DNA from: Candidatus Electronema halotolerans
Lineage (GTDB): Bacteria > Desulfobacterota > Desulfobulbia > Desulfobulbales > Desulfobulbaceae
Direction of reading: 5' to 3'
DNA: 32,000 nucleotides
Assembly: GCA_942493095.1 (NCBI GenBank)
Contig: OW818675.1
Coordinates: forward strand, 1,080,001 to 1,112,000
The position numbers and the translations under genes were made by a program. The stretch's first letter is position 1. The number at the start of each line of letters is the position of its first letter. Of the stretch, positions 1 through 7,735 are shown in pieces. Below the pieces are notes generated by a model. It was not told where the DNA came from and made no database searches. It was given only the letters and a program-made list of their open reading frames with translations.

Positions 1-1712
1 GCATGGTCGCTCTGCGCTGCCCGGTCTTCATCAAACCAGGCGCAGCAGACTGCCGGAGGCCAGTCCGGCTGCTCGCCGCAGCTGCGCTGATACACTGTCC
101 GGCCTGCCAAGTAAGCGGCAAACAAGGCTTTGATCAACGCGGGCGGCAGCGTGGCTGAGGAAATCAGCGCCCGCGAGCCGAGCAGGCCCGCCCAATGCAC
201 AAGGCGGCAAAGGGCGTGGGTGTCAGCAAGATCAAAATCATCCGGCTCGTCAAGAATCAGATCCGAGGTGAGCAGGCGGAGCATGGGCGCAATCTGTTTG
301 CCGCCCCGCGCCCCTTCTGTGGCTGGCATCAGATGATCAATCGTGCTGACTAAAATCGGCGCGCTGACCAATTGCAGCAGCTTGGGCGAATGCTTCAGCC
401 AAAGGCCGATGCGGCTGCCCGCCAAGTCGCCCTCATAGAGCAGATGCTGATCCGCGTCAAAGAGGTCTTCGCCGGATTCCGAGCCGGAGCCGCTGACCTG
501 CTCCTCCTGCCGCAGCTCATGCAGTTGCCGCACCGCCTGCGAGCCGATCAGCACGGCCAATTCATCTTCCTGAAGACGCAGCCGCTGCCGCAGCGCGTCG
601 CCGGTCTGCAAGGTCAGGGTGCGCAGACCCAAGGCGATGCTGAAACGGCAGCCGCGCCGTTCGTCCGCCAGCCCGTACATGATCCTGCCGTTGGCAAAGG
701 TCTTGCCGCAGCCGGTCGATGCCATGTTGATGCCGAAAAAGCCCTGCCGCTCCGAGCGCGTCCGCACCGCGCAGGCTATGTCAAAAGCTGCGTCCTGCCA
801 GGCAAAGCGGCCTCTGCCGCTCCGCTGCCTGAAGCCCTTGTGCCGGGCGAGAGCAGGGAGATGACGACGGAGCTGCGGCAGCCGCCGCGCCAGCAGCACC
901 GCGTGATGAGCCACGCCAATCAAGTGCTCGTCCAAGTGCTGCTTTTTCTCGCCAGTCTTGCGGTCAGTATTGGCTAACAGCTTGCATTTCTTGTCCCGCC
1001 AGACTGCGGCAGGCTCATGCGCCGACCAGATGTGATCGCCCAGCATCAGGGCCAGCCGGGCTGTGTGCATGGAAAAGACATCAGCCAGCCAGTCCTTTTC
1101 TCCGCTGAAGAGATCAGGCCGCCGCAAGGCCCGCTTGGCTAATGAGACCGCTGTCTTCTGCCACGTCGAGCTTTTCAGCGGCAATCCCTTGGCAAAGCTC
1201 CAGTTGTCCGCAATTTCCTTTACCTTCCAACTCTCCAAGCACTGAGGAGAATTCCAGCACGGCTCCAAGGCGGCGTTGAGGAATTCATCCGCCCGGCTGA
1301 CTGGCGGCTCTCCCTGCTGACCAGCAGCCTGCAACGGCCACTGCGGCAGCCGGTGGTGCGAGAGTATCAGCCAACCGATAATCCGGGCCAGCGGCTGGCC
1401 CTGCGCCTGCCAGAGCTTGAAGGGCTTGTCTTTGCTGCTCTGGCCAGTGCTGTCGCTGATCAGAGCGGCCAGCAGCACCTGTTCATCAATCTCCTGCGGC
1501 CTGAGCAGCCGCTCCAGCCAGTCCCGGTCAGGCAGCGTTCCGACAAAGGCTTGGAACAGGCGCAAAGACAGCCACTCATGGCGAAAGGCTTCAAAGGACT
1601 TGCCCTTGCCGCGCAGTTTCTTCTGAAACAGGACGTTTGCCTTGCCCAGATCGTGAAACAGCCCGGCCAAGCCTGCCAGCAGGGCGATGTCCTCGCTGAT
1701 ATTGTTGTTCAA
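1..1712 (-). CDS. cas3: Type I-F CRISPR-associated helicase/nuclease Cas3 (partial, runs off window; no N-terminal Cas2 domain)
   Basis: Manual minus-strand translation from a TTG at 1712-1710 preceded by GGAGG: MNNNISEDIALLAGLAGLFHDLGKANVLFQKKL (HD motif), then ...MASTGCGKTFANGRIMYGLADE (Walker A) and LILDEPDDFDLAD (DExD box). The codon positions of these motifs fall in one frame. In-frame TAG at 1727-1725 lies upstream of the HD domain. Confidence 0.9.
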   Translation of the reverse strand, partial: MNNNISEDIALLAGLAGLFHDLGKANVLFQKKLRGKGKSFEAFRHEWLSLRLFQAFVGTLPDRDWLERLLRPQEIDEQVLLAALISDSTGQSSKDKPFKLWQAQGQPLARIIGWLILSHHRLPQWPLQAAGQQGEPPVSRADEFLNAALEPCWNSPQCLESWKVKEIADNWSFAKGLPLKSSTWQKTAVSLAKRALRRPDLFSGEKDWLADVFSMHTARLALMLGDHIWSAHEPAAVWRDKKCKLLANTDRKTGEKKQHLDEHLIGVAHHAVLLARRLPQLRRHLPALARHKGFRQRSGRGRFAWQDAAFDIACAVRTRSERQGFFGINMASTGCGKTFANGRIMYGLADERRGCRFSIALGLRTLTLQTGDALRQRLRLQEDELAVLIGSQAVRQLHELRQEEQVSGSGSESGEDLFDADQHLLYEGDLAGSRIGLWLKHSPKLLQLVSAPILVSTIDHLMPATEGARGGKQIAPMLRLLTSDLILDEPDDFDLADTHALCRLVHWAGLLGSRALISSATLPPALIKALFAAYLAGRTVYQRSCGEQPDWPPAVCCAWFDEDRAAQSDH

Positions 1713-1749
1713 TCTCTCCGCCTCCTATGGCCCCTATAGGACAATCCAA

Positions 1750-2310
1750 TCAAAACCACGGCACTGTGGCCGTGCTGCTCAGGCCGTAATCCGAGAAACT
1801 GCCCGGCTGCGGGCTGTCCTGCACCCTGCCCTGCTCAATGAAAAGCAAAAACTGCTGGCCAGTGGATGCGCTTCTCAGGCGGACATGCGGCAGCTTGAGC
1901 CGCTCCTCCTCAGTTGCTGCCGCCTTGACTGCCAGCTCGTCCGCACTCAGACGGCCATTGCGCACTGAGCGCCGGTAGAGCCGCTCCGCGCTGCTCTTAG
2001 CCTGCACCCGCTGCACGATTCTGTGGTGACAATCCGCCGGAACTGGCAGTGGGCCGGACGCGCTGAGATGGTCCCGCATTCCAGTCAGCCAGTCCAAGGC
2101 CATCAGCCGTTCAAGAGCTTGCGCTGTGCCGTGCAGGCGCAGGCAGTCACCCAAATTTTTTCCCGCCTTGGGAAAGCTGATGCCAATCGCGCCCTGCCCT
2201 GCCTCGCACAAGGCGCGGTGCAGCTTGGCAAACAAGGCGTTCATGAGCAGGGTCTCAGGAAACTCCGGGTCAGGCAGCAGGCGCAGTTCCAAATAATGCT
2301 CCATGCTCAT
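1750..2310 (-). CDS. cas6f: Type I-F pre-crRNA endoribonuclease Cas6f/Csy4
   Basis: [34 protein letters not shown]... and the typical Cas6f C-terminus [18 protein letters not shown] overlaps the cas7f stop (ATGA). Confidence 0.95.
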   Translation of the reverse strand: MSMEHYLELRLLPDPEFPETLLMNALFAKLHRALCEAGQGAIGISFPKAGKNLGDCLRLHGTAQALERLMALDWLTGMRDHLSASGPLPVPADCHHRIVQRVQAKSSAERLYRRSVRNGRLSADELAVKAAATEEERLKLPHVRLRSASTGQQFLLFIEQGRVQDSPQPGSFSDYGLSSTATVPWF

Positions 2311-3320
2311 TCCCCTTTCTCGCCAAACACGCCGCCCCGGATCAGCACGGCCATCACATAGTGCTGCTGCTCTGCCGGCGGCACCTTGCCTTTCACTGCC
2401 CACCCGTCCAAGAGGCTGTAAAAATCCTCTTTTTCCTTTGGCTGGCGATAGGCCTTGCCCCGGTTGGTGACTGAGCCATACGGCTCCACCGCAATCGGCC
2501 CGATTTCCGCCGCAGAAGAATGCCACGTGTCAATGGTGCGCAGGGCGTTGCCGATCTTCTGCGAGTGCATGGCCGCTGTGCCGCCCACTTGGTAGAGGGT
2601 CTTGCTCTTCTTGCCGGACTTGTCCAAAATCAGCTCTTGCGAAGGAAATACTTCCTGTCCCTTGCCGAGCCGGACAAAACCATCCACTTCCAGCAGCACA
2701 AAGGAGCGGCCCAGCAGTCCGGCGGCAATCACCTCAGCCAAGCTCTTCAGTTCCGCCGTCGGCTCGGCAAACTGCCGCAGCGCAACGCTAAGGCCGTCAA
2801 AGTTCCATTCCTGCGCTGCTTGCCCGTCCTGCATCTGCCGCACCCGCACGGCCACAGCCTCGGCTCCGACCCGGTTGCGCCAGAGAAAGCGGCCATTGGC
2901 AAGGTTGGCGGCATAGCGGGCGGCCAGCTTCCTGAAGCCCTGCTCCTGCGCATAGCTGTCAATCACTGCGGCCAAGGCGTTCTGATAGTCCTGATCATTG
3001 CAGGCTGAGGGCTGGGAGAGATTGCCCAGCACCCGCAACGTGAAACTGACCCGCAGGGTGTCCGCAGCAGCAGGCAGGGCGGCTGCATCCACGGTCTGCA
3101 AGTTGGGCTTCTGGATTTCCGCGTCCAATTTGGCCGGGTTCTGCTGCAGCGCGGCTTTCAGGCGGTTGGACATCGTGCCCCGGACCGATTTCTCCTGAAT
3201 GCTGACCGGCTGCCAGTCCTTGCCGCAGTCCCGGTTCTCCCAAGCTCCAGCATGGAGCAGCGCGTCCGAATTTGCCAGCTTGCGTTCAAATGCCAACACA
3301 GATGCGGTTTTCACAGCCAT
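2307..3320 (-). CDS. csy3: Type I-F Cascade backbone subunit Cas7f/Csy3
   Basis: 337-aa ORF: [25 protein letters not shown]...[18 protein letters not shown]; position in operon. Confidence 0.95.
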   Translation of the reverse strand: MAVKTASVLAFERKLANSDALLHAGAWENRDCGKDWQPVSIQEKSVRGTMSNRLKAALQQNPAKLDAEIQKPNLQTVDAAALPAAADTLRVSFTLRVLGNLSQPSACNDQDYQNALAAVIDSYAQEQGFRKLAARYAANLANGRFLWRNRVGAEAVAVRVRQMQDGQAAQEWNFDGLSVALRQFAEPTAELKSLAEVIAAGLLGRSFVLLEVDGFVRLGKGQEVFPSQELILDKSGKKSKTLYQVGGTAAMHSQKIGNALRTIDTWHSSAAEIGPIAVEPYGSVTNRGKAYRQPKEKEDFYSLLDGWAVKGKVPPAEQQHYVMAVLIRGGVFGEKGE

Positions 3321-3323
3321 GAT

Positions 3324-4289
3324 TCATTCTCCTTCAACAGATTGATTATTCACTGTTTGATATTCATTCCGGCATAGATACCAGCCGCTTTCCGGCTCGG
3401 CCTCATGCCGCCAGATCAGCTCGTCCAGCGTTTGCGCCCGGTGCGGACTGAGCCATTCACCAACGCTGTAAACAGTCTCGGCAAAGCAGAACCGAGTTTG
3501 GCTGTCGCGGGCACGGGCTACCTGTCCCGGCTCGTGCAGCGCAGAAATGCCCCGATACCCGACGGCCAGCGGCACCAGCCAGCCGCTGCCCGGCTTGGGA
3601 ACATGCCGCCATTCTGTTTTCTCTTTGCCTTCCTTCGGCAGCTTGGCCTTGTATTTCAGGGCGGCAAAATCCAGCCAAGCATCCAGCGGCTCTGCTGCCG
3701 GATTCGCTTCCCGCAGCGAACGGAAATGCTCTGCCAAAAGATCAGTCCGCTCGATCAAGGCAAAGCCGGGCAGCAGGCAACGGAGCTGCTTGCGGATGAA
3801 TTGCTGCCTTTGCTCCCAATCTTCGGGAAGATTGTCCAAAGTCGCTTCTTGCAGGTCAAGCACAGTGCCGCCTGCCAGCCGCTGGCAGCACACCAGCCGC
3901 CGGATTTCCTCCAGCCACGCCTTTTTCTCCTCGCCATCCAAGGGCAGCTCGCCGGTGAAGGGAATCAGCAGCGACACAGTCAGCCGCATCCGGCCTTCCT
4001 CAATAAAGGAGGATGTTTCACCCGCCTTGGTCAGCGGGTTGCGGCTGAGGGCAAAGACATGATCCCAGCCCTTGGGCTGATGCGTCTGCGCTTCATGCTC
4101 ATGACAAACAATGCCGCAGCCGGTCAGGGTCAGGCCCCATTCCGGCGGCAGCTTGCGCGACAGGGCATGAGTGAAGCCGAGAAAGGCGGACACTGCCGGA
4201 AAGCCCCATGTCAGTCCGACCACAGCATTGGCGTTCTCCACCCTGATGCGCCGAAGCAGCAGCAGTCCTTGCTCTTTCATCATGATCAT
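3324..4289 (-). CDS. csy2: Type I-F Cascade subunit Cas5f/Csy2
   Basis: MIMMKEQGLLLLRRIRVENANAVVGLTWGFPAVSAFLGFTHALSRKL... Csy2-like; internal ATG overlapping the csy1 stop chosen as start. Confidence 0.93.
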   Translation of the reverse strand: MIMMKEQGLLLLRRIRVENANAVVGLTWGFPAVSAFLGFTHALSRKLPPEWGLTLTGCGIVCHEHEAQTHQPKGWDHVFALSRNPLTKAGETSSFIEEGRMRLTVSLLIPFTGELPLDGEEKKAWLEEIRRLVCCQRLAGGTVLDLQEATLDNLPEDWEQRQQFIRKQLRCLLPGFALIERTDLLAEHFRSLREANPAAEPLDAWLDFAALKYKAKLPKEGKEKTEWRHVPKPGSGWLVPLAVGYRGISALHEPGQVARARDSQTRFCFAETVYSVGEWLSPHRAQTLDELIWRHEAEPESGWYLCRNEYQTVNNQSVEGE

Positions 4290-5623
4290 GCCAAGGCCTC
4301 CAGATCGTCTTTGAGTAGCCGCAGTTTCTTGCGCAGCAGACTCTTCCATTCGCCATGCTCCGCATCACCCGTAAAAAGAACCTGCCTGCCTTTCCCTTTG
4401 TCAATCCGCCTGTTCAGCCAGCGGGCAAAGCGGTCAGCAATTTCTTCCTGCCAGTCGTTCCGCTCCCGCTCGGCTCCGAATTCCTCATCAGCTGAACCCC
4501 GCCGGGGATCAAGCCAGAGTTGTTCGACTCTGTCCAGCCTGCATTCCGGCCTGCTGCTCCAGCCTGCGGCAAAGCTGTGTTGGATTTCAGCGGCATATTG
4601 GAGGAGCTGATCAATAATGCGGTCAATCAGCTCGGCCCGCCGGTCACGGATGGCAAGCGTGCTGTCTTTGTCCAGCACACGCTCAAGAAACGTGTTCAGG
4701 AGAGAGGTTTCCCGATAAACCCGTGCGCCGAAATGATGCCGTGAAAACAAGGTGCTGGTGTTCAGCGGCGGAGCGGTCATGCGCTTCCATGTCGGCGGGG
4801 CGCAGGAGAGCAGATGCACTTTGCCGCCACGTCTGATGTTAAGCTGGCTGACAACCTGTGGATTGCTGCCGCCAAAGTTCATCACTGCCGTATTCGGGTA
4901 ATCCACAGTCAGCGATTCGTGGAATGCCTCCTCCCGCCTTGCCTTGCGCGCTTCCTTGGCTGCATCGGAAAAGCGGGCTTCCTGCATCCGTTCATAGATT
5001 GCTTGGGCCAAGGATGACGAGAAAAGCGGCGAAAGCAGGTGATATTCTCCGGCACCGACCGGAAAATAGAGCTGCTTGGCCAAGGTGTGCGAACTGGGCT
5101 TGGCAGCAGAGACCGCTTGGGCGAAGCCTTTCAGCCAGTCGGCAAGCTGCGCGTCGCTTTTGGCAAAAGGCCGCAGCGGCTCGGCATCGCCTGCCCGGAT
5201 ATGGTCGAGCAGCATTCTGCCGTCCTGCTCCAATTGCAGCAATGCGGCAACGTCCAAGGCACCAGCATTACCGCTAACATCAATCGAGGGCCGGGCCAGC
5301 GAGGCCGTGCTGATCAGCGCGCCTTCCGGCATCCCATCTGGCTGCTGCGGCCCCGGCCCGGCATAGCAGCTTGTTGCGCCTTTGGCCTGCGAATTGGTGA
5401 ACTTGACCGGGTGAGTTGTGAACTGAATCTGTCCAGCCCGCCGGGCCGCATCGGTCAGCCACTCGGCAGGCGCAAACTTGCTCTTCAAGGCAAGCTCTTC
5501 CTCTGCCAAATCCGCTTCCAGCTCCGGGCTGGCTGCCGCTTTTTTCGCCAATGCCTCCAGCTTGGGCGCGGCCCGCCCGGCGATGAAGGCGGATATCTGT
5601 GCGGATAAGCTTTCTTCTTCCAT
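4286..5623 (-). CDS. csy1: Type I-F Cascade large subunit Cas8f/Csy1
   Basis: 445-aa ORF with Csy1-like segments (KFTNSQAKGATSCY, VMNFGGSNPQVVSQLNIRRGGKVHLLSCAPP) heading the effector operon. Confidence 0.93.
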   Translation of the reverse strand: MEEESLSAQISAFIAGRAAPKLEALAKKAAASPELEADLAEEELALKSKFAPAEWLTDAARRAGQIQFTTHPVKFTNSQAKGATSCYAGPGPQQPDGMPEGALISTASLARPSIDVSGNAGALDVAALLQLEQDGRMLLDHIRAGDAEPLRPFAKSDAQLADWLKGFAQAVSAAKPSSHTLAKQLYFPVGAGEYHLLSPLFSSSLAQAIYERMQEARFSDAAKEARKARREEAFHESLTVDYPNTAVMNFGGSNPQVVSQLNIRRGGKVHLLSCAPPTWKRMTAPPLNTSTLFSRHHFGARVYRETSLLNTFLERVLDKDSTLAIRDRRAELIDRIIDQLLQYAAEIQHSFAAGWSSRPECRLDRVEQLWLDPRRGSADEEFGAERERNDWQEEIADRFARWLNRRIDKGKGRQVLFTGDAEHGEWKSLLRKKLRLLKDDLEALA

Positions 5624-5641
5624 AGTTGCTGTTCTCCTGTG

Positions 5642-5818
5642 CTAACAGAGGGTTTGCTCTCTTCGCCACCAGCCAAGTTGTTCAATCAAATTGGACAGGT
5701 TGCCTCCAACCACAGTCCAAGCCCACGCCGCTTTTTTGAGCACGGCCTGCAAAACAAGGATCACCAAAAATGCCGCTGCTTCGTTGGCAGCGGCTTGAAG
5801 GGCTGTGCTGATGCTCAT
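5642..5818 (-). CDS. Small hydrophobic 58-aa protein, first candidate ORF of the cas transcript
   Basis: Not in the ORF track (shorter than 60 aa). Manual translation: MSISTALQAAANEAAAFLVILVLQAVLKKAAWAWTVVGGNLSNLIEQLGWWRREQTLC*, with GGAG 4 nt before the ATG. Confidence 0.45.
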   Translation of the reverse strand: MSISTALQAAANEAAAFLVILVLQAVLKKAAWAWTVVGGNLSNLIEQLGWWRREQTLC

Positions 5819-5826
5819 TTTTCTCC

Positions 5827-5847
5827 ATATTAGTTATATTGAAATGT
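5827..5847 (+). promoter_or_regulatory. Candidate partial protospacer with 5'-CC PAM (5825-5826) in the cas operon initially transcribed region
   Basis: ATATTAGTTATATTGAAATGT vs pseudo-spacer region ATATTCGTTATGCTGAAATGT (18/21 identical, mismatches at positions 6, 12, 13). Confidence 0.75.
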
Positions 5848-5856
5848 ACAGACGAA

Positions 5857-5885
5857 ATTATAGGGCGGATAAAGGGGGCTGTCAA
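5857..5885 (-). promoter_or_regulatory. Consensus sigma70-type promoter of the cas operon
   Basis: Minus strand TTGACA (5885-5880), 17-nt spacer, TATAAT (5862-5857). Confidence 0.85.
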
Positions 5886-5894
5886 TCCCTGATC

Positions 5895-5923
5895 TTGTAC
5901 AACACAAAAAAAACAGGTATAAT
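5895..5923 (+). promoter_or_regulatory. Promoter of the degenerate mini-CRISPR RNA
   Basis: TTGTAC (5895-5900), 17-nt spacer, TATAAT (5918-5923); predicted start around 5930, at the first pseudo-repeat. Confidence 0.75.
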
Positions 5924-5926
5924 TTT

Positions 5927-6002
5927 CATACTGCCGCACAGGCTAGCTTAGAAAATATTCGTTATGCTGAAATGTTAAACTGCCGCACAGGCAGAATGCC
6001 CG
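5927..6002 (+). ncRNA. CreR/CreA-like degenerate mini-CRISPR guide RNA
   Basis: Pseudo-repeat 1 CTGCCGCACAGGCTAGCTTAGAAA (ends 5954, intact CTTAGAAA handle), 20-nt pseudo-spacer, pseudo-repeat 2 with perfect Cas6f hairpin CTGCC-GCACA-GGCAG (5980-5994). Resembles the I-F repeat consensus GTTCACTGCCGNNNAGGCAGCTTAGAAA. Confidence 0.8.
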
Positions 6003-6024
6003 GAGCGTTGCTCCGGGTTTGTTT
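5999..6024 (+). terminator. Rho-independent terminator of the mini-CRISPR RNA
   Basis: CCCGGAGC-GTT-GCTCCGGG perfect 8-bp stem followed by TTTGTTT. Confidence 0.8.
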
Positions 6025-6044
6025 GAGTGTGCGGCGAGTAACCC

Positions 6045-6644
6045 ATGAATCCCGCCTCACACTTTCTCATTAGCTGGCTGACCGCCAACACCATCCAGCT
6101 CGACCGGCGCGAGCGGTTCCTCATCACCTTCAGCGGCCTGGCCCCGGATGCGGACGGACTGGGGATCATCGGCGACCTTCTCACTCGCAACAGCGACAAG
6201 CCCTTGCAGTGGTGGGGCGAGTATCACCATCTGCTGGGGCACAACATAGCCTTTGGCTGCTGTCTGGCAGCAGGCACCTTTTTTTTGGCCAAGCAACGGA
6301 AAGCCGCTGCCGCCCTGCTGGCCCTGATCAGCTTTCATCTTCATCTCTTCTGCGACCTGATCGGCTCACGCGGCCCGGACGGCTATCAATGGCCCCTGCC
6401 CTACCTCTGGCCTTTTTCTGATGCGTGGCAATGGGCATGGCAGGGCCAGTGGGCTTTGGATGCCTGGCCCAACCTGCTGATCACAGTGGCCGTGCTTGCG
6501 GCAACCTTCCTTATGGCCTGGCAATCTGGCCGTTCACCGCTGGAATTCATCTCCAGCAGAGCGAACGCCGCCTTTGTCGCAAGCCTGCGTTCCCGCTTTG
6601 GCGAGCCAAGAATGGAAGAGAGAAAAGAACCTGCTTGTTCCTGA
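6045..6644 (+). CDS. YdjM/DUF457-like membrane-bound metal-dependent hydrolase family protein
   Basis: 199-aa ORF with His/Asp-rich motifs (FSGLAPDADGLG, EYHHLLGHN, FHLHLFCDLIGSRGPDG) and hydrophobic segments. Confidence 0.75.
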   Translation: MNPASHFLISWLTANTIQLDRRERFLITFSGLAPDADGLGIIGDLLTRNSDKPLQWWGEYHHLLGHNIAFGCCLAAGTFFLAKQRKAAAALLALISFHLHLFCDLIGSRGPDGYQWPLPYLWPFSDAWQWAWQGQWALDAWPNLLITVAVLAATFLMAWQSGRSPLEFISSRANAAFVASLRSRFGEPRMEERKEPACS

Positions 6645-6706
6645 GAACTGATCTTGGAGTATCTCGCAATTTTGAAGCCAAATCCACACGCACCTGAAGG
6701 AGCGTC

Positions 6707-7735
6707 ATGAAAACAGCAAGTCTTGGCGAGCTGGCCGCCTTGGTCGGCGGCACGGTCTCTGGTGATCCAAGCCTGACCGTCACGGCCCTGAACAGTCTGG
6801 AACTGGCCGAGCCGGGCCAGCTCACCTTCATCACCAGCACCAAGTTCGCTGACCAACTGGTACAGAGCGGAGCTTCTGCCTGCATCGCCCCTGTGGATTT
6901 CAGCAGCGAGCTGCCGCTGATTCAGGTCAGCAATGTTGACATGGCCGCCGCCCGCATTCACAGTTATCTCTTGAGCGAAGACTTCCAGCCGACTGGCATT
7001 CACGAGCGGGCCGTGCTTGGCTGCTGCTGCGTGATCAGCGAGATGGTCAGCATCAGCCCCCTGGTCAGCATTGGCGACCGGGTCCATATTGGCGAGCGGG
7101 TGCGGATCAGGCCGGGCGCAGTGATTGGCGATGATGTGCAGATTGGTGATGACTGCGTCATCCATGCCAATGCGGTGGTGGCCAATGGCTGCATTCTCGG
7201 CAGGCGGGTGGTGCTCCATCACGGGGCCGTGGTCGGCAGCGACGGCTTTGGCTTTGCCACTGACCCAGCCACTGGCGAGCACCTGAGCAAGCCGCAGGTT
7301 GGCACAGTCCGCCTCGATGATGATGTGCAGATTGGGGCCAACTCCTGTGTGGACCGAGCCGCCTTTGGCGTGACCCATGTCAAGCGCGGGGTGCGGATTG
7401 ACAATCTGGTCATGATCGGTCACAACTGCGTGATCGGCGAGAACTCCATCTTAGTCGGGCAGGCAGGAATTGCGGGCAGCACCACTTTAGGCCGCAATGT
7501 GGTCTTGGCGGCAGGAGCTGGCGTGGCCGGTCATCTGCACTTGGAAGACGGGGTGATGGTGGCTGGCAAGGCCGGGGTGCATAACAGCCAGAAAAAAGGG
7601 GTAAAGCTGGGCGGCATCCCGGCCATTGATGTGAAGCAGTGGGGCAAGGCAGTCGCTGTCTTCAGCCGCCTGCCAGAGCTGTTCAAGGAGCTGCGGCGGC
7701 TGCGCAAGGACGTTGACAGGCTGCTCGGCAGCTGA
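6707..7735 (+). CDS. lpxD: UDP-3-O-(3-hydroxyacyl)glucosamine N-acyltransferase LpxD
   Basis: Left-handed beta-helix hexapeptide repeats and conserved NSLELAEPGQLTFITSTKF, VVLHHGAVVGSDGFGFA, IGHNCVIGENSILVGQAGIAGSTTLG. Confidence 0.97.
   Translation: MKTASLGELAALVGGTVSGDPSLTVTALNSLELAEPGQLTFITSTKFADQLVQSGASACIAPVDFSSELPLIQVSNVDMAAARIHSYLLSEDFQPTGIHERAVLGCCCVISEMVSISPLVSIGDRVHIGERVRIRPGAVIGDDVQIGDDCVIHANAVVANGCILGRRVVLHHGAVVGSDGFGFATDPATGEHLSKPQVGTVRLDDDVQIGANSCVDRAAFGVTHVKRGVRIDNLVMIGHNCVIGENSILVGQAGIAGSTTLGRNVVLAAGAGVAGHLHLEDGVMVAGKAGVHNSQKKGVKLGGIPAIDVKQWGKAVAVFSRLPELFKELRRLRKDVDRLLGS

Noticed and set aside
372-1739. Plus-strand ORFs over the left edge
   Set aside because: They are antisense to the continuous minus-strand Cas3 frame with HD, Walker A and DExD motifs.
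3405-4610. 401-aa plus-strand ORF opposite csy2/csy1
   Set aside because: Antisense to well-supported csy genes, low-complexity translation typical of shadow frames.
5682-5939. 85-aa minus-strand ORF in the track
   Set aside because: It spans both divergent promoters and the pseudo-repeat; most of it lies upstream of the predicted cas transcription start, so it is probably not a gene.
5927-6002. Ordinary two-repeat CRISPR array
   Set aside because: Repeat starts are about 49 nt apart rather than about 60, both repeats are degenerate (T insertion in repeat 1 hairpin, diverged 3' end of repeat 2), and a dedicated terminator follows. It fits a degenerate regulatory mini-CRISPR better.
6401-7423. 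340-aa minus-strand ORF opposite lpxD
   Set aside because: His/Ala/Asp-rich shadow frame of hexapeptide repeats in lpxD.
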